NCBI GenBank assembly: GCA_040221095.1
Contig: JAVJVP010000017.1
Coordinates: 21,708-85,707, forward strand
Direction: 5' to 3'
DNA from: Rhodospirillales bacterium
GTDB lineage: Bacteria; Pseudomonadota; Alphaproteobacteria; Rhodospirillales; Casp-alpha2
Length of the DNA: 64,000 nucleotides
Part shown: piece after piece, positions 8,850-18,457 of the stretch
How the letters are laid out: each line of letters begins with the position of its first letter
How positions within the stretch are numbered: the first letter of the stretch is position 1
Made by a program: the position numbers and the translations under genes
The notes under the pieces: generated by a model
Told to the model about the DNA's origin: nothing
The model's input: only the letters and a program-made list of their open reading frames with translations
The model's database searches: none

Positions 8850-11717
8850 GTGGCGGACCGGCCGGAAACCATTTCCACTGACACGCCTGCACCGAAATGG
8901 CGGCGCCGGGCGCTGTGGGCCGCGGCCATCGCCGCGGTGCTGGCCGCCGGCATTGCCGTCGTCGCCGTCAACCGGGCACCCATCGCGGAAAACCTGGTCC
9001 GTGACCGGCTGGCCGACATGGGGCTCGGCGGCAGCAACCTGGAAATCACCCGTCTGACCCCCTGGCGGGTCGAGGTGCGCAATCTGGCGACCGGCCCCGC
9101 CGGCACGGCGCGCATTCACCGCCTCGCCATGGATCTGAGCTGGCCCAGTTGGACCGCGCCGACGGTCAGGGTCCTCGACATCGAAGGGGTGCAGCTTGCC
9201 CTGACGGTCAAGGACGGTGCCCTCGGCTGGGGCGACCTGGCGCCCCTGGTGGCGGGCGGCGGCACGGGCGATGGTGCGCTGCTTCTGCCGGAGGTGATCC
9301 TGACCGACGCCCTCATCGACATTATCCATGAGGGCGGGCCGACGACCCTGTCCCTGTCGGACGTGACCGTGACGCCGAAGGCGGACGGCGGCCTTCTCGT
9401 GAAGCAGGCGTCCATCGATCTTGTTCACCACCTGGGCCAGGCCACGGTTCAGGCGGCGGGGCGGCGGGACGCGGCGGGCCGACTGGCCCTGGATTTGATC
9501 ATCGAGGATGCCTTGGGCGCCGTGGGGCCGGTGTCGCTTTCCGGGGCCAAGGGCAGCCTGCGCCTTGCCGGCGATCCCGCGCGGCCGGGCGAGATGGCCG
9601 GGGAGGGGATATTGGAGGTCGCGGGTCTGGCCCTGCCCGGCGGGCTGCTGACCGAGGGGACCCTGTCGGTGCGGCTGGCCGAAGGGCGGGCGATGCTGTC
9701 GGCGGAGTTGGCGGACGACGGCCTGGGTCTGACCCTATCCGGCACGGCGGAGGGGGCGCCTTTCGATCCGGCTGCCCCCGTCGCTCTGACCACCCGGGCC
9801 GTGGCGTCTGACCTTGCCCGCCTGCCGGTGCCGGAGGGCGTGACGGGCAAGGGCACATTCGACCTGCAAACGGCGGGGCCGTTGGCCGACTTGTTGTCCG
9901 GCGACCTCGCGCGCCTGCCGCCTGTGGAGGCATCGCTGCTTCTTCCCGAAGTCGCCCACCCCGCCGCACCCGGTACCTGGTCCGTGCGGACCAGGGCCGC
10001 CCTTACGGTGGCGGCCGATGCCGCGACCCTGGCGTTCACGGAGCCGGTGGAGATTGCGGGCGGCCTCCTGGGCGGAGAGATGACCGCGACGGTACCGGGG
10101 CGGGTGATCCTGGGCCTTGATCCGTTGAAACTCACCAAGGTCGATCTGGCGCCGCTTCGCGTCGCCATCAGCAAGGTCGATGTGGGCGGTGCGTCCGTTG
10201 CCGGCCCCTTGGCCGTGGTGTTGACCCCGCGCAAGGACGGCGTGACGTTTGCGCCGGACGGCAGTTTGCGCAAAGTGGATTTCGCGCTCAAGGCGGACAG
10301 CCCGTCCCTAAGTCTGCGCGCCGGCGACCGCACGGCGGTTCTGCGCACGGCGCGGGTCACGGGCGGGGTGACGGTCACGCTTTCGGCCGAAGGGCCGCCG
10401 GGGGTGCGCCTCGATCTTGCTGGACTGGACGCTCATCTGCCTGACCTGGATGTCGAGGCCCAGGGTATGAGTGTGACGGCCGCCAGCCGGGGCGGGGCGG
10501 ATGCCGGTTGGAACATTCAGGCGGCGGCCAAGGCCCTGCGCCATACGGCGGCGGCGCCCTTCGCCGTCACCGCCAAGGGCCGCTGGCGCCCGCGCAAATG
10601 GGATGTCGAGGGCACGCTGCGTCAGGCCCGCTCGGGCCTGATCGCCAGCTTCGCCGCCAACGAAAGCAGCGGCAGGGGCGAAGGCCGCGCCCGCATTGAC
10701 ACGGTGCCGCTCAATCTGGCGGGGATCGATGGCGGGGTGCATGCGATCACGCCGCTGCTTACCCCCTTCGTCAAAAGCATTACCGGCACGGTCCAGGTTT
10801 CCGCCAAGACGGAATGGACCAAGGCCGGCGCGGCCCCCGTGCAGGTCACGGGCAGCCTGCGTGGCGCGGGAATCACGCCCGCCGCGGCGCTGCTGCCGCC
10901 GGCGGTCAAGGGCGCGGTTGCCGGGCTGTCCAGCCTGGCCGCCGAATTCTCCCTGCCGCCCGGCGACCCGGCGGCGGGTGTGGGGACCGTCGCCGTGATC
11001 GGCGGCAATCTGCAATTGGGCCCGGTCCAGGCGACGGGCATATCGGGGCGCGTCGTGCTGGACCGCCTGTGGCCGCCCCTGACCCCGCCGGGCCAGGAAA
11101 TCCTGATCGAGCGGGTCGCGGCGGCGCTGCCCGCCGCCGACGGGCGCCTACGCTTCCAGGTCCTGGGGCCGTCATCGGTCAAGGTGGAGCGGGCGGAGCT
11201 GACCGGCATCGGCGGCCGCATCTGGGCCGAGGACGTGGCCATTCGGGACGGCGTCCCGCCCGCGCATGTGACCCTGCACGTGGACGGGCTGGGCCTCGGC
11301 GATCTGGCGGCGCAGATGAATATCCTGGGTCTCAAGGCCGAAGGAAAGCTGTCCGGCCGCATTCCCGTCGACCTGGGCAAGGACGGGGAGGTGGCGATCC
11401 GGGGCGGGCTTCTGACGGCCGACGGCAGGGGGCTGCTGGCCTTCGTGCCGCCGGCCCGGGCGCCGGCTGGCGAAGCCGGGCGCATGGACATGGTTCTCGA
11501 CATCCTGGAGGACCTGCGGTTCGACGGCATGACCCTGACCCTGGACGGCGATGCGCAAAAAGACGTGCGCATGCAGGTCCATGTCCAGGGCCGCAATCCG
11601 AAGATTCAGCAGGGCCGCCCCGTGGACCTGACGATCAACCTGACGGGCAATATCGGCCATGCGATCCAGGCGGAGTTGCGGAATTTCGATATCAAGGGGT
11701 TGGCGGGAGCAAAGTAA
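8850..11717 (+). CDS. YdbH-like / AsmA-like large envelope protein
   Basis: N-terminal TM RRALWAAAIAAVLAAGIAVVAV, Ala/Gly/Leu-rich beta-prone body. C-terminus LSGRIPVDLGKDGEVAIRGGLLTADGRGLLAF...RNPKIQQGRPVDLTINLTG resembles the YdbH family. GTG start. Confidence 0.55.
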   Translation: MADRPETISTDTPAPKWRRRALWAAAIAAVLAAGIAVVAVNRAPIAENLVRDRLADMGLGGSNLEITRLTPWRVEVRNLATGPAGTARIHRLAMDLSWPSWTAPTVRVLDIEGVQLALTVKDGALGWGDLAPLVAGGGTGDGALLLPEVILTDALIDIIHEGGPTTLSLSDVTVTPKADGGLLVKQASIDLVHHLGQATVQAAGRRDAAGRLALDLIIEDALGAVGPVSLSGAKGSLRLAGDPARPGEMAGEGILEVAGLALPGGLLTEGTLSVRLAEGRAMLSAELADDGLGLTLSGTAEGAPFDPAAPVALTTRAVASDLARLPVPEGVTGKGTFDLQTAGPLADLLSGDLARLPPVEASLLLPEVAHPAAPGTWSVRTRAALTVAADAATLAFTEPVEIAGGLLGGEMTATVPGRVILGLDPLKLTKVDLAPLRVAISKVDVGGASVAGPLAVVLTPRKDGVTFAPDGSLRKVDFALKADSPSLSLRAGDRTAVLRTARVTGGVTVTLSAEGPPGVRLDLAGLDAHLPDLDVEAQGMSVTAASRGGADAGWNIQAAAKALRHTAAAPFAVTAKGRWRPRKWDVEGTLRQARSGLIASFAANESSGRGEGRARIDTVPLNLAGIDGGVHAITPLLTPFVKSITGTVQVSAKTEWTKAGAAPVQVTGSLRGAGITPAAALLPPAVKGAVAGLSSLAAEFSLPPGDPAAGVGTVAVIGGNLQLGPVQATGISGRVVLDRLWPPLTPPGQEILIERVAAALPAADGRLRFQVLGPSSVKVERAELTGIGGRIWAEDVAIRDGVPPAHVTLHVDGLGLGDLAAQMNILGLKAEGKLSGRIPVDLGKDGEVAIRGGLLTADGRGLLAFVPPARAPAGEAGRMDMVLDILEDLRFDGMTLTLDGDAQKDVRMQVHVQGRNPKIQQGRPVDLTINLTGNIGHAIQAELRNFDIKGLAGAK

Positions 11718-11836
11718 GGCAGGCAATATTTTCAGGTGGAAATTACAAAAATCGCGGAACACCGGGATTAATCGGTTGATGGATGTTTTGGATTGTATAC
11801 AATGTGCCCGTTCAAAAAACCCGAGGAACCCCCCAA

Positions 11837-12721
11837 ATGCAACTGCGCACCCGACCCCTGACGGACACGTTCGGCCTGGAAATCCTGGATGTCGACCTGT
11901 CCGAGCTGACCGACGAAACCTTCGATGCCATCTACAAGCTGTGGCAGCAGGAACCCCTGTTGCTGTTGCGCCGCCAAAGCCTGAGCGAAAAGCAGCAGGT
12001 CGAATACTCCCGGCGGTTCGGCGAAATGGACATCATCGTGCGCGACGACATGCTGTCGCCGGACAATCCGGAAATCATCTACATCACCAATCTGAAACGG
12101 CCCGACGGCACGTCGCTGGGCGGGCTTGGGAACTACGAGGTCTACTGGCATCACGATCAGATCTATCGCCTGCGCCCGGCCTCGGGCTCGATTTTCTATG
12201 CCGCTGAAATGCCGGAGAACGAGGGCCGCACGTCCTATTGCAACACCCGGCTCGGCTACGAGACATTACCGGACAATCTGCGCAAGGCGATCGAAGGCCG
12301 CCGCGCCACGGCCAAGTATGCCGACCGCAAGGATTCGACGACGGTCCTGGATCTCGGCAACAACGCCGAGGAGATGAAGAAAATCCACGACCGGACCCCG
12401 GCGGCGACCCATGACATCGTTCTGGAAAATCCGGCGACGGGTCAGAAGTCGGTGTACATCGATCCCAACAAGACCGTCGGCATCGACGGGCTGGAGGAAG
12501 CGGAAAGCAAGGAGCTGCTTGAGGCCCTGACCCAGCACATGCTGCAGGACAAGTTCGTCTACACCCATACCTGGCGCAACGGCGACGTGGTGATGTGGGA
12601 CAACGCCCGCCTGTGGCACCGCCGCGAGGCCTTCGATCTGACGAAGCCGCGGTTCGCCCGGCGCACGACCATCTTCCTGCGGCCCGAAGATTTCGCCGTT
12701 CCCGAACCGAACGCGGCCTGA
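11837..12721 (+). CDS. TauD/TfdA-family Fe(II)/2-oxoglutarate dioxygenase
   Basis: YWHHDQ (HxD), EGRTSYCNT, and DVVMWDNARLWHRR near the C-terminus. Confidence 0.85.
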   Translation: MQLRTRPLTDTFGLEILDVDLSELTDETFDAIYKLWQQEPLLLLRRQSLSEKQQVEYSRRFGEMDIIVRDDMLSPDNPEIIYITNLKRPDGTSLGGLGNYEVYWHHDQIYRLRPASGSIFYAAEMPENEGRTSYCNTRLGYETLPDNLRKAIEGRRATAKYADRKDSTTVLDLGNNAEEMKKIHDRTPAATHDIVLENPATGQKSVYIDPNKTVGIDGLEEAESKELLEALTQHMLQDKFVYTHTWRNGDVVMWDNARLWHRREAFDLTKPRFARRTTIFLRPEDFAVPEPNAA

Positions 12722-12732
12722 AGGATATCATC

Positions 12733-13938
12733 GTGACAGAACAGAAAGCGCCCCCGCTGAAGGGGCTGCGCGTGATCGATGCCGCCACGGTCATCGCCGG
12801 GCCGACCATCGGCATGCTGATGGGTGATTTCGGCGCCGACGTCATCAAGGTCGAACATCCGCGCGGCGACGTGCTGCGGGAAACGGGCCAGAAAAAGGAC
12901 GGCGTCGGCCTGTGGTTCAAGATGGCCAACCGCAACAAGCGCTGCGTCACCCTGAACTTCAGCCATGAAAAGGGCCAGGCCCTGTTCAAGGAACTGGTCA
13001 AGACGGCGGACGTGCTGATCGAGAACTTCCGCACCGGCACCATGGAAAAATGGGGCCTGGGGTGGGAGGACCTGAAGAAGATCAACCCGCGTCTGGTCAT
13101 GGTGCGGGTCACCGGCTTCGGCCAGACGGGGCCCTACAAGAACCGGCCCGGCTTCGGCACCATCGCTGAAGCGTTCTCCGGCTTCGCCAGCATCACGGGC
13201 GTGCCCGAAGGTCCGCCGACCCTGCCCAACTTCGGCCTGGCCGACGGCGTGGCGGCGGCCTACGGCACCTTCGCCGCCATGTTCGCCCTTTACCACCGCG
13301 ACGCCCAGGGATCGGGCGAGGGGCAGTACATCGATCTGTCCATCTACGAACCCCTGTTCCAGGTCATGGGCCCGCAGCCCATGGAGTACGACCAACTGGG
13401 CGTGGTTCAGCAGCGCTGGGGCAACCGGTCGAAGAACAACGCGCCGCGCAACACCTATCAGTCCAAGGACGGGCATTGGGTCGCCATCTCGACCAACTCG
13501 CCGGCCATCGTGACCCGGGTGCTGACGCTGTGCGGTGGGCCGGAGGTCGCGGCCGACCCGAGGTTCCAGACACCGCAGGACCGGGTCAAGCATATCGACG
13601 AGATCGACGGCATCGTCGCCGGGTGGATCAAGCAACACGACCTGAAGACGGTTCTCGACGAGTTCGAGAAGGCGGAAGCGGCCATCGGCCCGGCCTACAC
13701 CATCGATCAGATCTACCAGGATCCGCAGTATCAGGCGAGGGACGACATCATCGAGATCGACGATGAAGATCTGGGCAAGCTGCGCATGACCAATGCTTTC
13801 CCGTTCATGTCCGAAACCCCGGCGAAGGTGCGCCATCCCGGACAGCGCAAGGGCCAGAGCAACGAGGAAATCCTGTGCGGAGAGCTGGGCGTTTCCAAGG
13901 AGGAACTTGCCAGGCTGAAGGACGAGGGCGCGATCTGA
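12733..13938 (+). CDS. Class III (CaiB/BaiF) CoA-transferase
   Basis: LKGLRVIDAATVIAGPTIGMLMGDFGADVIKVE and ENFRTGTMEKWGLGWEDL. GTG start 12 nt after the TauD stop. Confidence 0.88.
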   Translation: MTEQKAPPLKGLRVIDAATVIAGPTIGMLMGDFGADVIKVEHPRGDVLRETGQKKDGVGLWFKMANRNKRCVTLNFSHEKGQALFKELVKTADVLIENFRTGTMEKWGLGWEDLKKINPRLVMVRVTGFGQTGPYKNRPGFGTIAEAFSGFASITGVPEGPPTLPNFGLADGVAAAYGTFAAMFALYHRDAQGSGEGQYIDLSIYEPLFQVMGPQPMEYDQLGVVQQRWGNRSKNNAPRNTYQSKDGHWVAISTNSPAIVTRVLTLCGGPEVAADPRFQTPQDRVKHIDEIDGIVAGWIKQHDLKTVLDEFEKAEAAIGPAYTIDQIYQDPQYQARDDIIEIDDEDLGKLRMTNAFPFMSETPAKVRHPGQRKGQSNEEILCGELGVSKEELARLKDEGAI

Positions 13939-13983
13939 CCGCGTGAATTTTGGCGGGCCGTTCGTTCGGCCGCCGTTCCAGTG

Positions 13984-14025
13984 ATCCCCCGCTTCGGCCC
14001 GGCCGGTGCGGGGGATTTTGGTTTT
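13984..14025 (+). terminator. Rho-independent terminator after the CoA-transferase gene
   Basis: atcccccgc (13984-13992) pairs with gcgggggat (14008-14016), followed by tttggtttt. Confidence 0.6.
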
Positions 14026-14040
14026 CAGGCGGGGAGGGGC

Positions 14041-14466
14041 TCAGGGCGGGGTGAGTATCGGCGTGCCGGCGCGGATGTCCGCCAGCATGTTGTCGCGGTC
14101 TTTTTCGATGCGATTGATCAGCTTGCGGCGCCGGGCGTCGATGGCCATGTGGGTTGCGCTCCAGCGGATGATCTCCAGCAGCACGGGGGCCAGGTCCAGG
14201 CCTTTGTCCGTCAGGCTGTAGATGTAGCTGCGGCGGTTTTCCGGATCGCGTTCCTTCGTGATGATGCCCTCGCATTCCAGATGCTTCAGGCGCTGGGCCA
14301 GGATGTTGGTCGCGATCTGCTCCTCGCAGCAGAGAAACTCGCCGTAGCGGCGCCTGCCGTACAACATCATGTCGCGCAGCACCAGGAACGACCAGCGGTC
14401 GCCGAAGGTGTCGATGCCGTAGGCGACGAGGCAATCGCTGGCGTGTTTCTTGGATTCGCTCTTCAT
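14041..14466 (-). CDS. HxlR-family transcriptional regulator
   Basis: C-x-V..GIDTFGDRWSFLVLRDMM..RRRYGEF...IATNILAQRLKHLECEGII matches the HxlR wHTH pattern. Confidence 0.88.
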   Translation of the reverse strand: MKSESKKHASDCLVAYGIDTFGDRWSFLVLRDMMLYGRRRYGEFLCCEEQIATNILAQRLKHLECEGIITKERDPENRRSYIYSLTDKGLDLAPVLLEIIRWSATHMAIDARRRKLINRIEKDRDNMLADIRAGTPILTPP

Positions 14467-14483
14467 TCGTTCAGCATAAAAAA

Positions 14484-14541
14484 TAACTTGTAAAAAGCAA
14501 GTAATTTGCGTAAAGCAAGATAACTTGTTTTTTGCAAGTTA
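14484..14541. promoter_or_regulatory. Two TAACTTG-N7-CAAGTTA inverted repeats (candidate HxlR operators)
   Basis: 14521-14541 is a perfect taacttg-ttttttg-caagtta. 14484-14504 is taacttg-taaaaag-caagtaa (one mismatch). Both lie in the AT-rich divergent promoter. Confidence 0.5.
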
Positions 14542-14573
14542 ATCTGCGATGGCCTTGACCCGGAGTTTCCGCC

Positions 14574-14777
14574 ATGAACATGCTTTCGAACAATGCCTTG
14601 CAGCAACTGGACGAAACCGGTCTGTACGCGCCGGTTGGTTGGGTGCGGCCCACGGTGACCCAGGATGCGATCGACGCAGGAATCAGGGAAGCCCGCTTGC
14701 TGCGCTCCCGTGCGTTTCATAGGGCCGTGTGGAAACTATTGGCGATGCTGAACGGAACGGACGACGCATCCCGTTAA
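14574..14777 (+). CDS. Small hypothetical protein (67 aa)
   Basis: ORF with ggag about 10 nt upstream. Sits between the HxlR operators and the OYE gene. No family assigned with confidence. Confidence 0.4.
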   Translation: MNMLSNNALQQLDETGLYAPVGWVRPTVTQDAIDAGIREARLLRSRAFHRAVWKLLAMLNGTDDASR

Positions 14778-14798
14778 CGGCTCCGGTGCGCCGGATAT

Positions 14799-15920
14799 CT
14801 ATTTCTTCGGGGGCGGCGGATTGCCCGGTACCGGCTCGCCCATCAAGGTCGGATGGGCACGCTGATACTGGGGCGGGAAGGCGGCGTCGGCCCGCAGAAC
14901 TTCCGCCGCATGCCACGGCCAGCGCGGGTCATAGAGCATGCCGCGTGCCAGGGCGACCATGTCCGCCTGACCCGAGGCGATGATGGTTTCCGCCTGCACC
15001 GGGTCTGTGATCTTGCCGACGGCGATGGTGGTCAGGCCCGCCGCGCGGCGGATGTCGGCGGCGAACGCGGTCTGATAGCCGGGGCCCACGGCGATTTTCT
15101 GTGCGGGCGAATTGCCGCCCGAAGACACATCGACGAAGTCGCCGCCGCGTGCCTTGAGTTCCTTGACGAAGGCGATGGTGCCGGCGACGTCCCAGCCGCC
15201 GTCGACCCAATCCGTCGCCGAGACGCGCACGCCGAGCGGGAAATCCTTCGGACAGACTTCCTTGACGGCCTCGAACACCTCCAACGGAAAGCGCATGCGC
15301 CCGGCCAGGTCGCCGCCGTAGGCGTCGCTGCGCTGGTTGCTCAGGGGCGACAGGAACTGATGAAACAGATAGCCGTGGGCGGCGTGCAGTTCGATGGCGT
15401 CGAAGCCCAGGCGGAGTGCGCGGCGGGTGGCCTGAACGAAGGTGTCCTTGATGCGCGTCAGGCCCGCGTCGTCCAAGGCCGCCGGCGTCGGCCAGGGTCC
15501 GGCGAAGGGCAGGGCCGAGGCGCTTTCCGTCGCCCAGGCGCGGGGGTCGTCCTTGGGCAGGGGCGCGCCGCCCTTCCACGGCACCTCGACCGACCCCTTG
15601 CGTCCGGCATGGGCCAGTTGAATGCCGATCTTGGCGCTGCCGAACCCGCGGAAGAACTCGATCACCCGGCGCATGGCCGCTTCGTTGTCGTCGGAATACA
15701 GGCCGACGCAGCCGGGGGTGATGCGCCCGGCGGGCTCGACCCCGGCGGCTTCGACGAACACCAGACCGGCGCCGCCCAGAGCGAACTGGCCCAGGTGAAC
15801 CAGATGCCAGTCGGTCATGGTGCCGTCATGGGCCGAATACTGGCACATGGGGGCGACGACGATGCGGTTGGGCAGATCCAGGTTGCCGAGACGGATGGGC
15901 GTGAAAAGCTGGCTGGGCAT
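14799..15920 (-). CDS. NADH:flavin oxidoreductase (Old Yellow Enzyme / YqjM-like)
   Basis: NRIVVAPMCQYSAHDGTMTDWHLVHLGQFALGGAGLVFVEA and HAAHGYLFHQFLSPLSNQR. Confidence 0.9.
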   Translation of the reverse strand: MPSQLFTPIRLGNLDLPNRIVVAPMCQYSAHDGTMTDWHLVHLGQFALGGAGLVFVEAAGVEPAGRITPGCVGLYSDDNEAAMRRVIEFFRGFGSAKIGIQLAHAGRKGSVEVPWKGGAPLPKDDPRAWATESASALPFAGPWPTPAALDDAGLTRIKDTFVQATRRALRLGFDAIELHAAHGYLFHQFLSPLSNQRSDAYGGDLAGRMRFPLEVFEAVKEVCPKDFPLGVRVSATDWVDGGWDVAGTIAFVKELKARGGDFVDVSSGGNSPAQKIAVGPGYQTAFAADIRRAAGLTTIAVGKITDPVQAETIIASGQADMVALARGMLYDPRWPWHAAEVLRADAAFPPQYQRAHPTLMGEPVPGNPPPPKK

Positions 15921-16176
15921 GGTGGTCCCTAGGTGGTTGGGCGGATGGGCGATGTCGATGAGATGCCGAAGGTGTTCCGGCGGGGAGGCGGGGGAAGCCT
16001 AGTGGAATTATTCGCTCACGACAAATGGGGTGCCTGCCGCCCGTCTGGGCGATCTACGCTGGTTGAATCATCCCGTGCGGGCCGACGTGGTTGGCGCGCG
16101 CGATCAGCGGCGCGGCAATCGCCATGGCGGCTTTAAAATTCGGGCGGTAAAGCGCTGACGCGCCCCGGCGTCTCAA

Positions 16177-16401
16177 TCACGGCACAAGGCTGTAGATGGC
16201 GATCGCGAACGCAAGGAACGCGCAGCCGATGATGCCGCCGATGACATAACGGGATCGTTTGGTTTTCAGCAATATCTCGCCTTGGCGCATGTCCTCGGCG
16301 GTGTAGTCTTCGGGGATGTTCTGGCGTCCTTTGTCGGAATAGGCCCGTTCGACCGGCGTATCGCTGTCGTTCACGGGTTGGTCGCCGTTGTTGCGTTTCA
16401 T
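16177..16401 (-). CDS. Small C-terminally anchored membrane protein (74 aa), hypothetical
   Basis: aggag about 10 nt before the ATG. Hydrophilic N-terminus, then YVIGGIIGCAFLAFAIAIYSLV as a TM segment. It is the tail of a longer spurious track ORF. Confidence 0.4.
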   Translation of the reverse strand: MKRNNGDQPVNDSDTPVERAYSDKGRQNIPEDYTAEDMRQGEILLKTKRSRYVIGGIIGCAFLAFAIAIYSLVP

Positions 16402-16551
16402 GGCATGACTGCTCCTGCGACCGCCCGGGATAGATCCGGCGGGTCCGGGAGGAGGCCCCGTAGCGGCCGCTTCCAATAGATAAATGGGTCGCATGACAGC
16501 CGATGACAACCGGTGCTTGGGAATGGGTTGGGCATCCGCTATAGGACGCGA

Positions 16552-17724
16552 ATGGAAGATGTTGACGTCATCATCATCGGTGCCGGGGCGGCCGGGCTGA
16601 TGTGCGCCGCCGGGGCGGTTCGCCGTGGGCGCCGCGTTCTGGTGCTGGAACGCAACGCCAAGGTCGCCCAGAAGGTGCGCATTTCCGGCGGCGGGCGGGC
16701 CAACTTCACCAACCTGCACGCGGCCCCCGCCAACTTCCTGTCGGACAACCCGCATTTCTGCGTCTCGGCGCTCAAACGCTATACCCAGCGGGATTTCATC
16801 GCCCTGGTGGAAAAGCACGGCATCGCCTATCACGAAAAGACCCTGGGCCAGCTGTTCTGCGACGACAGCGCGCAGCAGATCATCGACATGCTGCTGGCCG
16901 AGGCCAGGGGCGCTGACATCCGCACGGCAGTCGACGTGACCGCCGTCGCCAGGGACGGCGACCGTTTCCGCGTGGCCACGGACAAGGGGATGTTTTCGGG
17001 GGCCGCCCTGGTCATCGCCACGGGCGGACCGTCGATCCCCAAGATGGGCGCCAGCCGCTTCGCCTATGACATAGCCAAACAGTTCGGGCTGCGCGTCGTC
17101 ACGCCACGCCCGGGCCTGGTGCCGCTGACCTTCGACCGTGACATGCTGGCGCGGCTCGACGGGCTTTCGGGGGTTTCCGTCGCGGCCACGGCGACCCTGG
17201 GCAAGGTGCGCTTCGCCGAGGCGCTGCTGTTCACCCACCGCGGGCTCAGCGGCCCGGTGGTGCTGCAGATCTCATCCTACTGGCAGCCCGGCGACACGAT
17301 CCTGTTCGACCTGCTGCCGGGCACGGACCTGTTCCGGATGCTGAAGGAACTGAAACACAGTCAGCCGAAGAAGGAAGCGCCGACGGCGCTGGCCCAGGTC
17401 CTGCCGAAAAGCCTGGCGCAGCGGCTGTGTGAATGGACCGGCTGCCTGGGCCGTCTGGCCGATCAGCCGGACAAGCGATTACGGGTGCTCGCCACGCAGG
17501 TCAACGCCTGGGCCGTCACGCCGGCCGGCAGCGAGGGCGAACGCACGGCGGAGGTCACCGTCGGCGGGGTCGATACGCGGGATCTGTCGTCAAAGACCAT
17601 GGCGGCGCGGGATGTGCCGGGCCTCTACTTCATCGGCGAGGGCGTGGACGTGACCGGCCACCTCGGCGGTTTCAACTTCCAATGGGCCTGGGCCTCGGGC
17701 CATGCCTGCGGCGAGGTGGTCTAG
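16552..17724 (+). CDS. BaiN/HI0933-family NAD(P)/FAD-dependent oxidoreductase
   Basis: VDVIIIGAGAAGLMCA (GxGxxG) and ISGGGRANFTN. Confidence 0.85.
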   Translation: MEDVDVIIIGAGAAGLMCAAGAVRRGRRVLVLERNAKVAQKVRISGGGRANFTNLHAAPANFLSDNPHFCVSALKRYTQRDFIALVEKHGIAYHEKTLGQLFCDDSAQQIIDMLLAEARGADIRTAVDVTAVARDGDRFRVATDKGMFSGAALVIATGGPSIPKMGASRFAYDIAKQFGLRVVTPRPGLVPLTFDRDMLARLDGLSGVSVAATATLGKVRFAEALLFTHRGLSGPVVLQISSYWQPGDTILFDLLPGTDLFRMLKELKHSQPKKEAPTALAQVLPKSLAQRLCEWTGCLGRLADQPDKRLRVLATQVNAWAVTPAGSEGERTAEVTVGGVDTRDLSSKTMAARDVPGLYFIGEGVDVTGHLGGFNFQWAWASGHACGEVV

Positions 17725-18449
17725 GACCCGTCGTCACGGCCGTCCTGGGCCAGGGGCTGCATGCTGTCGTCGTAGTCGTCCAGCGACGGGAAGGTGAGGG
17801 GCGTCAGCCTGTCGAGCGTGCGCAGGTGTTCTCCGTAGGCGGTCAAATAGCCGGCCCGCGTGGCATCGTCCACATAGGGCACATGCCAGGCGACGAAGGG
17901 CGGCAGCACCGTCATCCCCGTATAGGCCAGGGTGCCCTGCAGCAGCGGCTTCAGCATGTCGTTGAGCCTGCCGTGAATGGCGGCGTCACTGTCCAGCATG
18001 TGTTCCCGCCCGCCCAGGGTCAGGGTCAGCATGGCGCGTTTGCCTTTCAGGCCGCCCCGGTCATAGAACCGCCGCCCGCCGTAGGTCAGGCCCGAGATCA
18101 GCACCCGGTCGATCCAACCCTTGAGGATCGCCGGCACGGAAAACCAGTAGAGCGGGAAGTGCAGGATCAGAAGATCGCACCACATGAGCTTCTCGATCTC
18201 GGCGGCGATATCGGGGGTCAGGGTCCCCGTCTCGTGCCCGTGGCGCTGCTCCATCGCATAGACCAGATAGTCCGGATCGGCGCGGTCGCCGAAATCCGCC
18301 GGTCCCGCGACCGGGTTGAAGCCCATGGCGTAGAGATCGGAGACCTTTACTGCATGCTCCATATCGTCAAGAATTTTGACGGAATGATCGCGCAGCGCCG
18401 TGTTGAACGACTTCGGTTCCGGATGGGCGTGGACGATGAGGACGTTCAT
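17721..18449 (-). CDS. NAD(P)H:quinone oxidoreductase (Flavodoxin_2 / NQO1-like)
   Basis: MNVLIVHAHPEPKSFNTAL and LILHFPLYWFSVPAILKGWIDRV. Confidence 0.85.
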   Translation of the reverse strand: MNVLIVHAHPEPKSFNTALRDHSVKILDDMEHAVKVSDLYAMGFNPVAGPADFGDRADPDYLVYAMEQRHGHETGTLTPDIAAEIEKLMWCDLLILHFPLYWFSVPAILKGWIDRVLISGLTYGGRRFYDRGGLKGKRAMLTLTLGGREHMLDSDAAIHGRLNDMLKPLLQGTLAYTGMTVLPPFVAWHVPYVDDATRAGYLTAYGEHLRTLDRLTPLTFPSLDDYDDSMQPLAQDGRDDGS

Positions 18450-18457
18450 GGCATCCG

